The notes under the pieces: generated by a model
The model's input: only the letters and a program-made list of their open reading frames with translations
Databases searched by the model: none
What the model was told of the DNA's origin: nothing
Made by a program: the position numbers and the translations under genes
Assembly: GCA_003281125.1 (NCBI GenBank)
Contig: QCCW01000003.1
Span: 790 to 64,789 of the forward strand
From: Prochlorococcus sp. AG-347-N23
GTDB lineage: Bacteria > Cyanobacteriota > Cyanobacteriia > PCC-6307 > Cyanobiaceae
Reading direction: 5' to 3'
Length of the DNA stretch: 64,000 bases
In this document: in pieces, positions 1 to 10,683 of the stretch
How positions within the stretch are numbered: position 1 is the first letter of the stretch
How the letters are laid out: each line of letters begins with the position of its first letter

Positions 1-775
1 CTGTTAAAGAAAATAAAATTGAGATACAACTCTTACAAGTTAAATCACCATATGGGGCATGTAAAGCCACTAATTCTAAATCCATAGTTTGTGTATATGC
101 AGTCCTAATAGGTTCAATAGCAAAAGTTAATGGATTTAATGAAGCTAACCATCCCAACCAATTTGGCATAAAAGAAATTGGAGCTAAAGCAGTACTCGCA
201 AATAGAAGAGGTAAATTTATTACGAATATAAGTGCGATTAATTCAATATGTCCCGGCAAAACAAACGCTAAACATAAACTTATTGATGTCACAAAAAGAA
301 CTAGTAAAATTAGTGTTGTAAATACAATTCCTAAACCATATAAGTTGGGCCATCCATAACCCAAAATGTATGAAACAATCATTATTACGATACTCTGAAC
401 AAAGCTCAAGATTGTTATGTAAAAAAAAGAAGATAAAACTATGGATAATCTACTGGTTAAAGGAGCCACAAGTAATCTATTAAGAAATCCAAACTCTCTA
501 TCAAACATTAAAGGAAGACCGGAGTTTAGGGCTCCGCTAAAAGCAGTAAAAACAATAAGTCCTGCTCCTAAAAAATTCCCATAAGAATCAACTCCTGGTA
601 AAAAACCTTCAGGAGCTTTAGAGAATAATGCCCCAAATAAAAAAAGCCAAATTATTGGTTGTAATATTCCTGCTAAAAGAGTTGATGGTCTTCTTTTTAA
701 TTGAATAAATAATCTCTTTGTTAAGGCAAATGTTTCTTGATATAAAAAAAATAAATTATACTGTTGTAATTCCAT
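1..775 (-). CDS. ABC-2 type transporter permease (partial; 3' end runs off the window)
   Basis: Manual translation from ATG at 775: MELQQYNLFFLYQETFALTKRLFIQLKRRPSTLLAGILQPIIWLFLFG...MFDREFGFLNRLLVAP...; hydrophobic; directly downstream of the ABC ATPase. Confidence 0.88.
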   Translation of the reverse strand, partial: MELQQYNLFFLYQETFALTKRLFIQLKRRPSTLLAGILQPIIWLFLFGALFSKAPEGFLPGVDSYGNFLGAGLIVFTAFSGALNSGLPLMFDREFGFLNRLLVAPLTSRLSIVLSSFFYITILSFVQSIVIMIVSYILGYGWPNLYGLGIVFTTLILLVLFVTSISLCLAFVLPGHIELIALIFVINLPLLFASTALAPISFMPNWLGWLASLNPLTFAIEPIRTAYTQTMDLELVALHAPYGDLTCKSCISILFSLT

Positions 776-823
776 AATTAGCAGTATTTAGTATTTATTA
801 TAGTTAGTTAACCAAAAGTTTTT

Positions 824-1843
824 TTATCGCATGGATTGCTTTGATTCTTTTTTTAGATCTCTTTTCCCTGCCATAGAAATTTCAGCATCCAATAATGTTT
901 TCCCAGTTGCCTGAAGATATACATCATCCAAGCTTGGCTGACTTTGGGTAAGAGAAAAAATTTCAAACTTTGAGAAGGCCAATTCCACTTTTAGCTTCGT
1001 AAGTAAATCTTTTTGCTTATCTGTTACGAAATTTATCGAGAAACCTTGAGCTTCATTTATGATAATCTGACTAATTCCATCTATTGAAGATAAAATTTTA
1101 CATATATTTTTTGCTTCTTCCTGATTACTAAATTCTCTTACTTTCAAAGTTACTCTATCTCCTCCTAATTTATTTTTGAGCTCTGCAGGAGTTCCTTTTG
1201 CTATAACTCTTCCATCATCAATTATCACTAATCTGTCTGCCAATTTATCTATTTCATCAAGATAGTGACTACTTAAAATAATGGTCATTCCATTATTTCT
1301 CAAATCTTTCAGAAGTTGCCATATAATATTTCTACTTTCAATATCTAAACCAACTGTAGGTTCATCCAAAATTAATACTTGGGGCAAATGTAAAAGTCCA
1401 GCTGCCAGATCTATTCTTCTTTTCATTCCCCCTGAATAAGTTCCGCACTTACGATCAATCCAATCATTCATTTCTAATTGATCTATTAATTTATTTATCC
1501 TTTCAAATTTTTTATTTTTGTTGATGTGATATAAATCTGATTGAAAATCCAAAAGCTCTCGTCCAGTTAATATTTTATCAAGTGCGATGTCTTGGGCAAC
1601 ATAACCAATTAATTCTCTAATTTTCCTTGAATTTTTTATCAGATTAATATTATTTATAAAAACTTCTCCACTATCAGGCTCTATTAAAGTAGCGAGTATT
1701 TTTATTAGTGTTGATTTGCCAGCACCATTTGGACCTAATATTCCGAATAATGTGCCAGCTTCAATTTCCATCGATAAATTTTTTAATGCATTGATATCTG
1801 AATAAGATTTTGAGAGCCCTTTAACTTTTATATAATTCATCAA
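824..1843 (-). CDS. ABC transporter ATP-binding protein (DrrA/multidrug type)
   Basis: Walker A GPNGAGKS, signature YSGGM, Walker B ILDEPT, H-loop SSH. Confidence 0.93.
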   Translation of the reverse strand: MMNYIKVKGLSKSYSDINALKNLSMEIEAGTLFGILGPNGAGKSTLIKILATLIEPDSGEVFINNINLIKNSRKIRELIGYVAQDIALDKILTGRELLDFQSDLYHINKNKKFERINKLIDQLEMNDWIDRKCGTYSGGMKRRIDLAAGLLHLPQVLILDEPTVGLDIESRNIIWQLLKDLRNNGMTIILSSHYLDEIDKLADRLVIIDDGRVIAKGTPAELKNKLGGDRVTLKVREFSNQEEAKNICKILSSIDGISQIIINEAQGFSINFVTDKQKDLLTKLKVELAFSKFEIFSLTQSQPSLDDVYLQATGKTLLDAEISMAGKRDLKKESKQSMR

Positions 1844-1879
1844 ACTTACTATTTACTTAAAAAACATTTTACATCTAAT

Positions 1880-2881
1880 TTAATTACTAAGCAGGGATAC
1901 AATAGATAAAAATATTTGCATAGATTGCTGCTCAAATTCTACGGATAATTGGGTTCTGGAAATTAATAACAAAAGACAAATGCCAAACATGTAGAGAATA
2001 GACCACCTAAAAAGAGACTTTGCTCTAGAAAGATCATCAGGAGATTTCCTTAATTCATTTATTAATTGCAAAAGTCTTCCATTAAATGGCAATAACATTA
2101 TTCCGTATAAGAGACCCCCTTCAGGTAGAGCAAAGACTCCCATAATACTCATTAAAACTGTTGCCCATCCGTAACGAGAAATCGCTTTAGCAGTAAAAAC
2201 AGATCCTTTAACAGAAGGGAGCATAGGAATACCAACAGATGCGTAATCATCCTTCAACAAAATTGCAAGTGCCCAAAAATGAGCTGGGGTCCATAACATT
2301 ACTAAACCAAACAACCACCAACCACTAAGACCTACATGCCCTGTGGCAGCAGACGCTCCAACTAAGGGTGGTATCGCACCAGCAACACCTCCGAAAACAA
2401 TGTTTTTTGTTGTACGAGGTTTCAAAATAACTGTATATAAAATTACGTAGCTAAATAAACCAAGAAGAGTTAAACCCGCAGCCAAATAATTTACACCACT
2501 TACTAAAAGCATCGAAGCTGCCAAAGTACATGATACGGCGGCTAAAAATACAGTCTCAGATGACAATTTTCCGGCTGGCAAGGCTCTTTTGCTAGTTCTT
2601 GTCATCCTTTTATCTAATTCCATTTCCCACAAGCAATTAAGAGCTCCTGCTGCTGCTGCTGCCAAAGCGCCTCCTCCAAGAGTGCAGATAAGTTTCGGGG
2701 AAGACAAAGGCCATTCTTCAGTTAAAGCCATTCCCCCCAAAGTTGTGGCCAGTAAAAGTGGGATTAATCTAGGTTTTGCTACTTCAAGCCAAGGCGGCAA
2801 AGTTAATCTTTTTCTTGAAGGTACAACTTCATCCCTAATTGAAGATTTATAATTCAAGTTTTCTAAGTTACTACTGTTCAT
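1880..2881 (-). CDS. ctaB: Protoheme IX farnesyltransferase (heme O synthase)
   Basis: KPR start motif, [37 protein letters not shown]; lies in the cta cluster. Confidence 0.95.
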   Translation of the reverse strand: MNSSNLENLNYKSSIRDEVVPSRKRLTLPPWLEVAKPRLIPLLLATTLGGMALTEEWPLSSPKLICTLGGGALAAAAAGALNCLWEMELDKRMTRTSKRALPAGKLSSETVFLAAVSCTLAASMLLVSGVNYLAAGLTLLGLFSYVILYTVILKPRTTKNIVFGGVAGAIPPLVGASAATGHVGLSGWWLFGLVMLWTPAHFWALAILLKDDYASVGIPMLPSVKGSVFTAKAISRYGWATVLMSIMGVFALPEGGLLYGIMLLPFNGRLLQLINELRKSPDDLSRAKSLFRWSILYMFGICLLLLISRTQLSVEFEQQSMQIFLSIVSLLSN

Positions 2882-3804
2882 GAGTTGATACCGACCGTTT
2901 GGGGATTAAGGGAGTGGTTTAGACCTTTTTTGGTAAAAGGATTTCTAAAAATTAATGTTGTTAATATCGCAATAAATAAGGAGGCGTTAAGTTGATGACC
3001 GATAATAAAAATAGGTTCATTCAAATTTGTTTTAAGACTTAAAACACCCAAAGTAATTTGGGAAAAGAAGAGAAAAATAAGTGTTGTGAGATATTTCCAA
3101 TTTTCATTAAGCAAACTTCTCTTATAAATTGCAATAGCAATAATCAATAAAATTGAGAAAGCGATTGGAAAAGCAAATAATTTGTGAGTATCTAAAATTA
3201 GACATTCTTTATTAAAAGATAAGCAAATATGAGCTGACCAGGTTGATGAAAGCCTTACGCCAATAAAAGATTGAATCAGAGTAAGTAGAAGAGGAACAAA
3301 AAATAATAATCTCAACCAAATTAATGGCTCTTCAATGTCGTCATTTTCTAAATTTTGATTTATTGAAATTGTTGTAATGAGAAGTAGAAAAGCTATTAAA
3401 AGATGGCCAGTAACAGTATATGAATCAAGCAGGTTTATTACTGTTAAAGCTCCAAAGGATCCTTGGACAATAACGAGGAAAAGCAATAATGAATAAGTTT
3501 TAGGTAACCAGTTTGGAATCTCATTTTTCCAAATAATTGAAAGCGCAAATTTAAAAAGAATTAATATTCCAACCAGAAAAGCATCTAGACGATGAAACCA
3601 CTCTAGAAATACTCTTAGGTTCATATGTTTAAAAGGCAAAAAAGATCCATAACATAATGGCCAATCTGGACAGGCAAGTCCCGCATCCATGACTCTCGTA
3701 GCACCTCCAATTACGATTAGTGCTATAAGTGCAAATACACTATGACTTCCCAACCTTTTAAAAATTGTCAGATATTTTGATTTATATAATTGGTTATTAA
3801 TCAA
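2878..3804 (-). CDS. ctaA: Heme A synthase (COX15/CtaA); start placed at TTG 3804, ORF extends to 3852
   Basis: [24 protein letters not shown] and conserved His residues; overlaps ctaB. Confidence 0.9.
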   Translation of the reverse strand: MINNQLYKSKYLTIFKRLGSHSVFALIALIVIGGATRVMDAGLACPDWPLCYGSFLPFKHMNLRVFLEWFHRLDAFLVGILILFKFALSIIWKNEIPNWLPKTYSLLLFLVIVQGSFGALTVINLLDSYTVTGHLLIAFLLLITTISINQNLENDDIEEPLIWLRLLFFVPLLLTLIQSFIGVRLSSTWSAHICLSFNKECLILDTHKLFAFPIAFSILLIIAIAIYKRSLLNENWKYLTTLIFLFFSQITLGVLSLKTNLNEPIFIIGHQLNASLFIAILTTLIFRNPFTKKGLNHSLNPQTVGINS

Positions 3805-4067
3805 ATGGATAAAACCTATTATTTTGCATAATAAATTAGATTCAAAAACCAAACATTAATTAAAAATTAATATCTTTAATTTAAAAAATAATTTTCTAAT
3901 TTAATCTTTTTTCCCTGACAATTAACTCTAAAAAGTTATTAATAATACGCCTTTTATTTCATAAATCTTAAGAAGTTGTGAATTTAAATGTTTTTCTTTT
4001 AACAAAGGATGCAAGATTAAAAAAATTGAATATCTTGAGAATATAAATACAAATTTTTATAGATCAA

Positions 4068-4871
4068 TTGTTAAATAAAAACATTTATTTAATACTAATT
4101 ATTTCACTCGTTTTTGCTATATCTTTTTGGATTGGTTTTAATGTAAATTTGCTTCCAGCGGAAGCAAGTATTAATGCACCAATTTACGATGAACTTTTTA
4201 AAATTCTTTTCATCACTGGATTAATTATTTTTATAGGAATGACAATAGCTGTTATTTATAGCTTATTTAAGTTCAGGAAAAGAAATGATCAGATAGGAGA
4301 TGGTATAGCTTTAGAGGGAAATTTAAGCTTAGAAATTGTATGGACAATTATTCCTTCAATAATTGTTTTGCTAATAGGTTTATATAGCTATAACATCTAC
4401 GATCGAATGGGAGGGATGAAAGAACTAAATCATAACCACGAAATGATGAGTTCTAATTCTGAAAAAATATGGGCTGGAATAAGTCAAACTTCTGATAATG
4501 AAATAGCAATAAATAATTTATCAATTGAAGTTTCAGCTATGCAATTTGCATTTCTGTTCAATTATCCCAAGGGCAATTTCATATCAGGTGAACTACACGT
4601 TCCTGTTGATCAAAAAGTATCAATGAAAATGGAATCCAAAGACGTGATTCATGCTTTTTGGGTGCCAGAGTTCAGAATTAAACAGGATATTATTCCTGGG
4701 CAGCCTACTATTCTAAATTTCACTCCTACAAAAGTAGGAAAATATCCGATAATTTGTGCAGAATTATGTGGCCCATATCATGGAGGGATGAGAGCCTCCA
4801 TAATTGTTGAAGAAGAATCTGATTACAACGAATGGTTTAACAAAAATAGAAAACCGGAGGTAAATTTATGA
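4068..4871 (+). CDS. ctaC: Cytochrome c oxidase subunit II
   Basis: LEIVWTIIP, DVIHAFWVP, CuA motif CAELCGPYHGGM. Confidence 0.96.
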   Translation: MLNKNIYLILIISLVFAISFWIGFNVNLLPAEASINAPIYDELFKILFITGLIIFIGMTIAVIYSLFKFRKRNDQIGDGIALEGNLSLEIVWTIIPSIIVLLIGLYSYNIYDRMGGMKELNHNHEMMSSNSEKIWAGISQTSDNEIAINNLSIEVSAMQFAFLFNYPKGNFISGELHVPVDQKVSMKMESKDVIHAFWVPEFRIKQDIIPGQPTILNFTPTKVGKYPIICAELCGPYHGGMRASIIVEEESDYNEWFNKNRKPEVNL

Positions 4872-6256
4872 CAATATCAATTGATCCACAAAAAACTAAT
4901 AATGAAAGCCTTCAACCTAAAGGCTGGCTTAGATACTTTAGCTTTAGCCTTGATCATAAAGTAATTGGGATACAATATTTAGTCTGCGGTTTTCTTTTCT
5001 ATTTAATAGGAGGAACCTTAGCGAGCGCTATAAGAATTGAACTAGCTAGTCCAATGTCTGACTTTATGCCCAGAGATGTTTATAACCAAGTTTTAACTCT
5101 ACACGGAACAATAATGATATTCCTTTGGATAGTACCTGTAGTTAATGGTGCTTTTGGAAATTATTTAATCCCGTTTTATGTAGGAGCAAGAGATATGGCA
5201 TTCCCAAGATTAAATGCCGTTGCTTTTTGGTTAATTCCTCCTTCAGGTTTGATGCTGGTAGCAAGCTATTTTGTTGAGGGTGCTGCTCAGGCTGGATGGA
5301 CGGCTTATCCGCCTTTAAGCATAACTACTCCTCAATCGGGACAAATTATTTGGATTCTTAGCGTTCTATTACTTGGAGGCAGTTCTATATTTGGTGGAAT
5401 AAACTTTATCGCGACCATTATCAAACTAAGAAGGCCAGGATTAAAACTCATGCAATTGCCAATGTATTGTTGGGCAATGCTTGGAACAAGTCTATTAGTT
5501 GTTTTGTCAACTCCTGTTTTAGCAGGCACTTTAATTCTACTTAGCTTCGATATCATCGCTAATACAGGTTTTTTCAATCCTGTTTTAGGAGGCAATGTGG
5601 TAGTTTATCAGCATTTATTTTGGTTTTATTCTCATCCAGCTGTATACATTATGGTCCTTCCTGCATTTGGTTTAGTTAGTGAAATACTTCCAGTACATGC
5701 TAGAAAACCACTTTTTGGATATACAACAATGGTTTTTTCAATAATGGGGATAGTAGTTTTAGGTTTAGTTGTTTGGGCGCATCACATGTTCACAAGTGGA
5801 ACGCCCCCTTGGATGAGATTATTCTTTACTATCGCGACAGCATTTATTGCTGTTCCGACAGGTATAAAATTTTTCAATTGGGTTGCAACATTATGGGGAG
5901 GTAAAATTTCCATTAATAGTGCAATGTTATTCTCTTGCGGATTTATTATAAATTTTGTTTTTGGAGGTATTACAGGAGTTGCTTTGGCACAGGTACCTTT
6001 CGATATTCACGTACATGATACCTATTTCGTTGTAGCCCATTTTCATTACATAGTTTATGGAGGGACTGTTTTTATTATTTTCTCTTCCATTTATCATTGG
6101 TTCCCCAAAGTAACTGGGAAAATGCTCAATGAAAAATTAGGAATTTTGCACTTTATCATTACTTTTATTGGATTTAACTTGTGCTTTGCTCCTCAACATT
6201 GGCTTGATTTAATTTGTTTACCAGCTGCAATTATTTTATGTTTATTATCTAAATAA
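4868..6256 (+). pseudogene. ctaD: Cytochrome c oxidase subunit I, C-terminally truncated at about 6206
   Basis: DHKVIG, WFYSHPAVY, WAHHMF and VAHFHY are intact; homology ends at APQHWL, the GMPRR loop and helix XII are missing, and the last 16 aa are the antisense of the NFACT gene; no ctaE follows. Confidence 0.88.
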
Positions 6257-6654
6257 AAAATATTACTATGTTTTCCCATTAACTCAAAAATTAAATACTT
6301 ACTAATTTCCTCTCCTGGTTTTTTCGCAAAACCAAATTTTATAACTCTCTCGAAATTATCTTGATCAATTGAAATTAAAGCCATATATTTTAATCCGTAT
6401 CTTATTTGTTTAGAAAGTGTGCTTTCTCTACCAATCTTTTCTGGCTTTTTTATCTTTAGTATTCTAGGCGAGTCTCCATTCCATGAAACTTCTAACCATG
6501 TTTGAGAATTAATTCCTCTAAAACATAATTGAAGTGTATTAGGATCTGGTTGTTGGGCAGTTTCAAACTTTGTAGGTAGTATGGTCTTTGTCAAATAATG
6601 CAAGACAGATCTAATAGATGTAATATCCATTATTTGTGGAACACCTTTTTGCAT
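6193..6654 (-). pseudogene. NFACT/RqcH (FbpA-like) protein, N-terminal fragment only
   Basis: MDITSI start, ERVIKF, LIFELMGKHSNIFYLD are typical NFACT-N motifs; the ORF stops after 153 aa inside ctaD antisense sequence, whereas family members are usually more than 500 aa. Confidence 0.82.
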
Positions 6655-6701
6655 TATTCCTTTTAGTTCACAAAATTTAAGTTTACTGTAAAAAATTTAA
6701 T

Positions 6702-7256
6702 ATGAAAAATCAAAAAAAACTCATTATTCTTACTGGACCCAGCGGGGTGGGTAAAGGAACAGTTATTAAAGAAATATTAGGTAAAGAAAAAAATTTTTGG
6801 CTTTCAATATCTGCAACTACTAGAGAGCCCAGAGAGGGAGAGAAAGAAGGGGAAAATTACCACTTTTTAAATCAAGAAAAGTTTAAAGAAATGATTGAAC
6901 AAAACCTTTTCCTTGAATGGGCTCAATTCGCGGGGAACTATTATGGAACACCTTTGTCTTCTGTTAATGAGAAAATAAAAAAGGGATTTACTGTACTACT
7001 TGAAATTGAAGTTGAGGGTGCAAGGCAAATAAAAAATAAGTTTCCTAATTCACTGTCAATATTTTTACTTCCTCCTGATAAAGAAGAGTTAGAGAGAAGA
7101 ATAAGAAATAGAGCTACGGAAAAAGAAGAGGCAATAAAAAAAAGACTATCAAGGGCTAATTATGAGATTTCAGTATCAAATCAATTTGATTATGCACTAA
7201 CAAATTACAATGTCGATGAAACAGCAAAAAAAATAATCAAGTTAATAAAAACTTGA
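6702..7256 (+). CDS. gmk: Guanylate kinase
   Basis: GPSGVGKGT, SATTREPREGE, NYYGT. Confidence 0.97.
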   Translation: MKNQKKLIILTGPSGVGKGTVIKEILGKEKNFWLSISATTREPREGEKEGENYHFLNQEKFKEMIEQNLFLEWAQFAGNYYGTPLSSVNEKIKKGFTVLLEIEVEGARQIKNKFPNSLSIFLLPPDKEELERRIRNRATEKEEAIKKRLSRANYEISVSNQFDYALTNYNVDETAKKIIKLIKT

Positions 7257-7271
7257 TTATTTTCTCTTATA

Positions 7272-7406
7272 TCAGTTCATGGGATGGAATAATAAATCTG
7301 GGAAAAACCTATTGAATTCAATAATTATTCCGGCTGTAAGGCTTAGCCAAATTGCTGCTACCACTGGGGCAGATCTGACAAATTTTGTGTTTAGAATTTT
7401 GAACAT
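7272..7406 (-). CDS. psaJ: Photosystem I subunit IX
   Basis: Manual translation [44 protein letters not shown] (44 aa); directly downstream of psaF. Confidence 0.95.
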   Translation of the reverse strand: MFKILNTKFVRSAPVVAAIWLSLTAGIIIEFNRFFPDLLFHPMN

Positions 7407-7432
7407 TTGTTTTATGAAAGTTTTAAAGATGT

Positions 7433-7987
7433 TTAGCGTGGTCCATTAAGTGTAATATTGTTATCTTTTTCTCTTAAATCTCCATTTCTGCCTTGTTTGT
7501 TGGCAAGGAGAGGCCATTGCGCTCCTTTTACAAGACATTTTCTGGCTAAGTCTAGGTCAATAATGATCTCAAGATCTGCTGGATTCTTAGTCTTTTTAGA
7601 TTCAATCAGATACTCTCTTCCTGACCAACCTATAATTCCAGCAATGTAGATGAACAATACTCCTGGAATAAGTAAGTCGCCTTCATGACCTCTATTTAAA
7701 AGGGCTCCCCATGGCTCAAGAGGAGGTCCAATTATTAAATGTGGAAGACCATCATCTCCGCATGATGCTTTTCCGTATCTTTCAAATCTTGCGATGTCTT
7801 TTTGAGTAGTTGCAGAATTTGCTCTCTCAATGAATTTAGGATTTTCAGAGCATTTTGTGAGGGCTGAAGCAGTATATTCTGTGCTAGCTCTATCTGCATT
7901 TAAAGCAGGCCCATTTGCAGCAAGAGCAATTGGAGTAATTCCTAGGAACAGAAAAACTGAGGTTATGATTGAAAAAAAGAATTTCAT
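7433..7987 (-). CDS. psaF: Photosystem I subunit III
   Basis: Signal peptide, [37 protein letters not shown]; ATG at 7987. Confidence 0.96.
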   Translation of the reverse strand: MKFFFSIITSVFLFLGITPIALAANGPALNADRASTEYTASALTKCSENPKFIERANSATTQKDIARFERYGKASCGDDGLPHLIIGPPLEPWGALLNRGHEGDLLIPGVLFIYIAGIIGWSGREYLIESKKTKNPADLEIIIDLDLARKCLVKGAQWPLLANKQGRNGDLREKDNNITLNGPR

Positions 7988-8061
7988 AAGTTGCAATCTT
8001 TAATTCCTTATGATGTGTTAATTAAGAAATTAATATTAAAATAGAACAAGTTGAATCAAAA

Positions 8062-9132
8062 ATGTATAAAGTTTTAGCTATTGAAACAAGTTGTGATGAG
8101 ACATCTGTCTCGATAGTTTCTAATATTGGTGATACTTTCAAAATACATTCAAATATAATTGCCTCTCAAATTGAAGATCATTCAAAATGGGGAGGGGTTG
8201 TCCCTGAACTTGCAGCTAGAAAGCATTTAGAGTTATTACCCCTTGTTTTAGATAAGGCTTTAGAAGAATCAAAAATCAAAATTGAGGAAGTCGATTATAT
8301 TGCATCAACTGTAGCTCCAGGATTAGTTGGTTGTTTACGAGTTGGCTCTATAACTGCAAGATCATTGTGCATATTACATTCAAAACCATTTTTGGGAATT
8401 CATCATTTGGAGGGACATTTATCTTCAATTCTATTTTCAGAAAACTATCCAAAGAAATCTTTTCTTACATTACTTGTTAGCGGTGGGCATACTGAATTGA
8501 TAAAGGTTGATGATAGAAGGGAAATGCAGAGACTTGGGAAAAGTTTTGATGATGCTGCAGGAGAAGCCTTTGATAAAGTTGGAAGACTATTAGGTCTTAG
8601 TTATCCAGGAGGACCAGCAATTGAAAAGATTGCTAAAAATGGGGACCCAATGAAATTTAATTTACCAAAATGTAGAATTTCTGATAAAAAGGGTGGATTT
8701 CTTAAATATGATTTCTCTTTTAGTGGTCTAAAAACCGCCGTATTAAGATTAGTTGAGAGAATAAATTTGGATGGGAAGACCGTTCCAATTCCTGATATTG
8801 CCGCAAGTTTTGAGAGAGTAGTGGCAGAGGTATTGGTAGAGAGAACAATAAAATGCGCAGAAGATCATAACTTGGATAATGTTGTTGTAGTTGGGGGAGT
8901 GGCTGCTAACAATACATTAAGAAAAATGATGATTAGTGAAGCTAGTAAAAAATCTATTAAAGTTCATTTAGCTCCTCTTAATCTTTGTACAGATAATGCG
9001 GCAATGATTGGAGCGGCGGCGTTGTTCAGGATCAAATTTAAGGATCATTTGAGTTCCCTTAAATTAGGTGTCGCAGGAAGACTATCAATTGAACATGCAA
9101 ATACCCTCTATGAAGATAAACCTCCTTTCTAA
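8062..9132 (+). CDS. tsaD: tRNA N6-adenosine threonylcarbamoyltransferase
   Basis: LAIETSCDET, GGVVPELAARKH, HHLEGH, SGGHT, DDAAGEAFDK, CTDNAAMI. Confidence 0.97.
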   Translation: MYKVLAIETSCDETSVSIVSNIGDTFKIHSNIIASQIEDHSKWGGVVPELAARKHLELLPLVLDKALEESKIKIEEVDYIASTVAPGLVGCLRVGSITARSLCILHSKPFLGIHHLEGHLSSILFSENYPKKSFLTLLVSGGHTELIKVDDRREMQRLGKSFDDAAGEAFDKVGRLLGLSYPGGPAIEKIAKNGDPMKFNLPKCRISDKKGGFLKYDFSFSGLKTAVLRLVERINLDGKTVPIPDIAASFERVVAEVLVERTIKCAEDHNLDNVVVVGGVAANNTLRKMMISEASKKSIKVHLAPLNLCTDNAAMIGAAALFRIKFKDHLSSLKLGVAGRLSIEHANTLYEDKPPF

Positions 9133-9137
9133 ATTCA

Positions 9138-9314
9138 ATGAACAAAGAACCTAAAATCGAGATTAAAGAGACAAAAAATCTCGTTGATAAAAACGAACTG
9201 AATTTGTGGAAAAGAGGTTTTACCCCTCAAGCTGAAATATGGAATGGAAGGATGGCAACTGTTGGTATAGGAATTATTTTTATAATTATTGCTTTAATAA
9301 GCCAGTTTTCTTAA
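9138..9314 (+). CDS. hli: High-light-inducible protein (Hli, CAB/ELIP/HLIP family)
   Basis: Manual translation MNKEPKIEIKETKNLVDKNELNLWKRGFTPQAEIWNGRMATVGIGIIFIIIALISQFS (58 aa); AExWNGRxAx motif; not in the ORF track. Confidence 0.93.
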   Translation: MNKEPKIEIKETKNLVDKNELNLWKRGFTPQAEIWNGRMATVGIGIIFIIIALISQFS

Positions 9315-9477
9315 TAGAAATAAAATTCATTTTCTTAAAAGTAGTTTTGAAAGATTTAATAAAAATTACTCTTGTTCACCTGTTTAATCAAATTAAAAAG
9401 TATTGTATTTATTGGACTTCAGATAATATTATTGATTTAATCAAAATAATAAATATTTCTATTATTTATAATTATTT

Positions 9478-10683
9478 ATGACGCCTGAAAGGCTTGGATT
9501 ACTTTGGGGAATAACAGTATTTGCAGGGGCTTTTGCTCGATTATTTTCTTCTTTTACAGGATTCCCAAGTGTTGTTATTTTATTGCTTTCTGGATTATTC
9601 ATAGGAAGATCAGGTTTAGGACTGGTTGAGCCTTTAGATCTCGGGCAAGGGCTTGAAACCATTGTAGGGCTTTTAGTCTGTTTGGTTCTATTTGAAGGAG
9701 GACTAAATTTAAAACTGCCAGAGGGGAATATAAGAAATACTGTTTTGAAAATTTCATTGGTAAGACTTTTTATTTCATTATCAGCTGGAATTTTTATTGC
9801 TCATTGGCTGGCAGGCCTCTCATGGCAAGTTGCGGGAATATATAGTGCCATCGTTTTAGCTACTGGTCCAACAGTTGTCTCTCCATTAGTAGAACAAATA
9901 AAATTAGCTTCCCCTCTCTCGGAAGTTTTAAAAGCTGAGGGGCTGTTGCTTGAACCAATTGGTGCAGTGCTGGCATTACTGCTTTTAGAACTGACTTTAG
10001 GGGACCTGCGTGGGATTAACGATGTATTTATAGCATTAATGCAAAGATTAGGAGGGGGAGTCTTAATCGGATTAAGTGCAGGATGGTTACTATCAGAAAT
10101 TTTAAAAAAAATAAAAAATGAAGCCTCATTTGGTATAGAGCTTCAAGTTACCCTTGGATTTATTTTCCTTGTTTATGGAATTTGCGAATATTTTTTACCA
10201 GAATCAGGCTTACCTGCTTCTGTCGCGGCAGGTTTTATTGTAGGGAAAAGGGAAGTTATAGATAAGGAGAGATTGGATAATCTAATAGGTGAATTAGCTC
10301 AATTAGCAATAACAGTTCTTTTTCCTCTTTTGGCCGCTGACGTTTCTTGGGGTGAATTAAGTCCGCTTGGCTGGGGAGGGGTTGTTTGCGTTTTTATGTT
10401 GATGGTAATTGTTCGCCCTATCTCTATCTGGATAGCAACAATTGGAAGAGAATTGAACTTTAAAGAAAAATTATTTTTAGCCTGTTTAGCCCCAAGAGGT
10501 ATTGTTACTGCAGCGGTAGCTTCTCTTTTTTCTATCAGATTAGAGCAGGCTGGCATCCTTGGGGCTGGCCGTCTCCAAGGTTTAGTTTTTCTTACTATAT
10601 TGATGACCGTAGGAGTCCAAGGTCTTTCAGCTAAACCTTTGGCGAATAGGCTTGAATTAGTCCAAAAAAATAAATTAGATTGA
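9478..10683 (+). CDS. Cation:proton antiporter (CPA1/NhaP family)
   Basis: Many TM helices, LFEGGLNL, ATGPTVV, APRGIVTAAVA. Confidence 0.9.
   Translation: MTPERLGLLWGITVFAGAFARLFSSFTGFPSVVILLLSGLFIGRSGLGLVEPLDLGQGLETIVGLLVCLVLFEGGLNLKLPEGNIRNTVLKISLVRLFISLSAGIFIAHWLAGLSWQVAGIYSAIVLATGPTVVSPLVEQIKLASPLSEVLKAEGLLLEPIGAVLALLLLELTLGDLRGINDVFIALMQRLGGGVLIGLSAGWLLSEILKKIKNEASFGIELQVTLGFIFLVYGICEYFLPESGLPASVAAGFIVGKREVIDKERLDNLIGELAQLAITVLFPLLAADVSWGELSPLGWGGVVCVFMLMVIVRPISIWIATIGRELNFKEKLFLACLAPRGIVTAAVASLFSIRLEQAGILGAGRLQGLVFLTILMTVGVQGLSAKPLANRLELVQKNKLD

Noticed and set aside
9239-9481. 80 aa ORF (MEWKDGNCWY...) in the ORF track
   Set aside because: It is an out-of-frame shadow of the real hli gene (9138-9314) running into AT-rich intergenic DNA.
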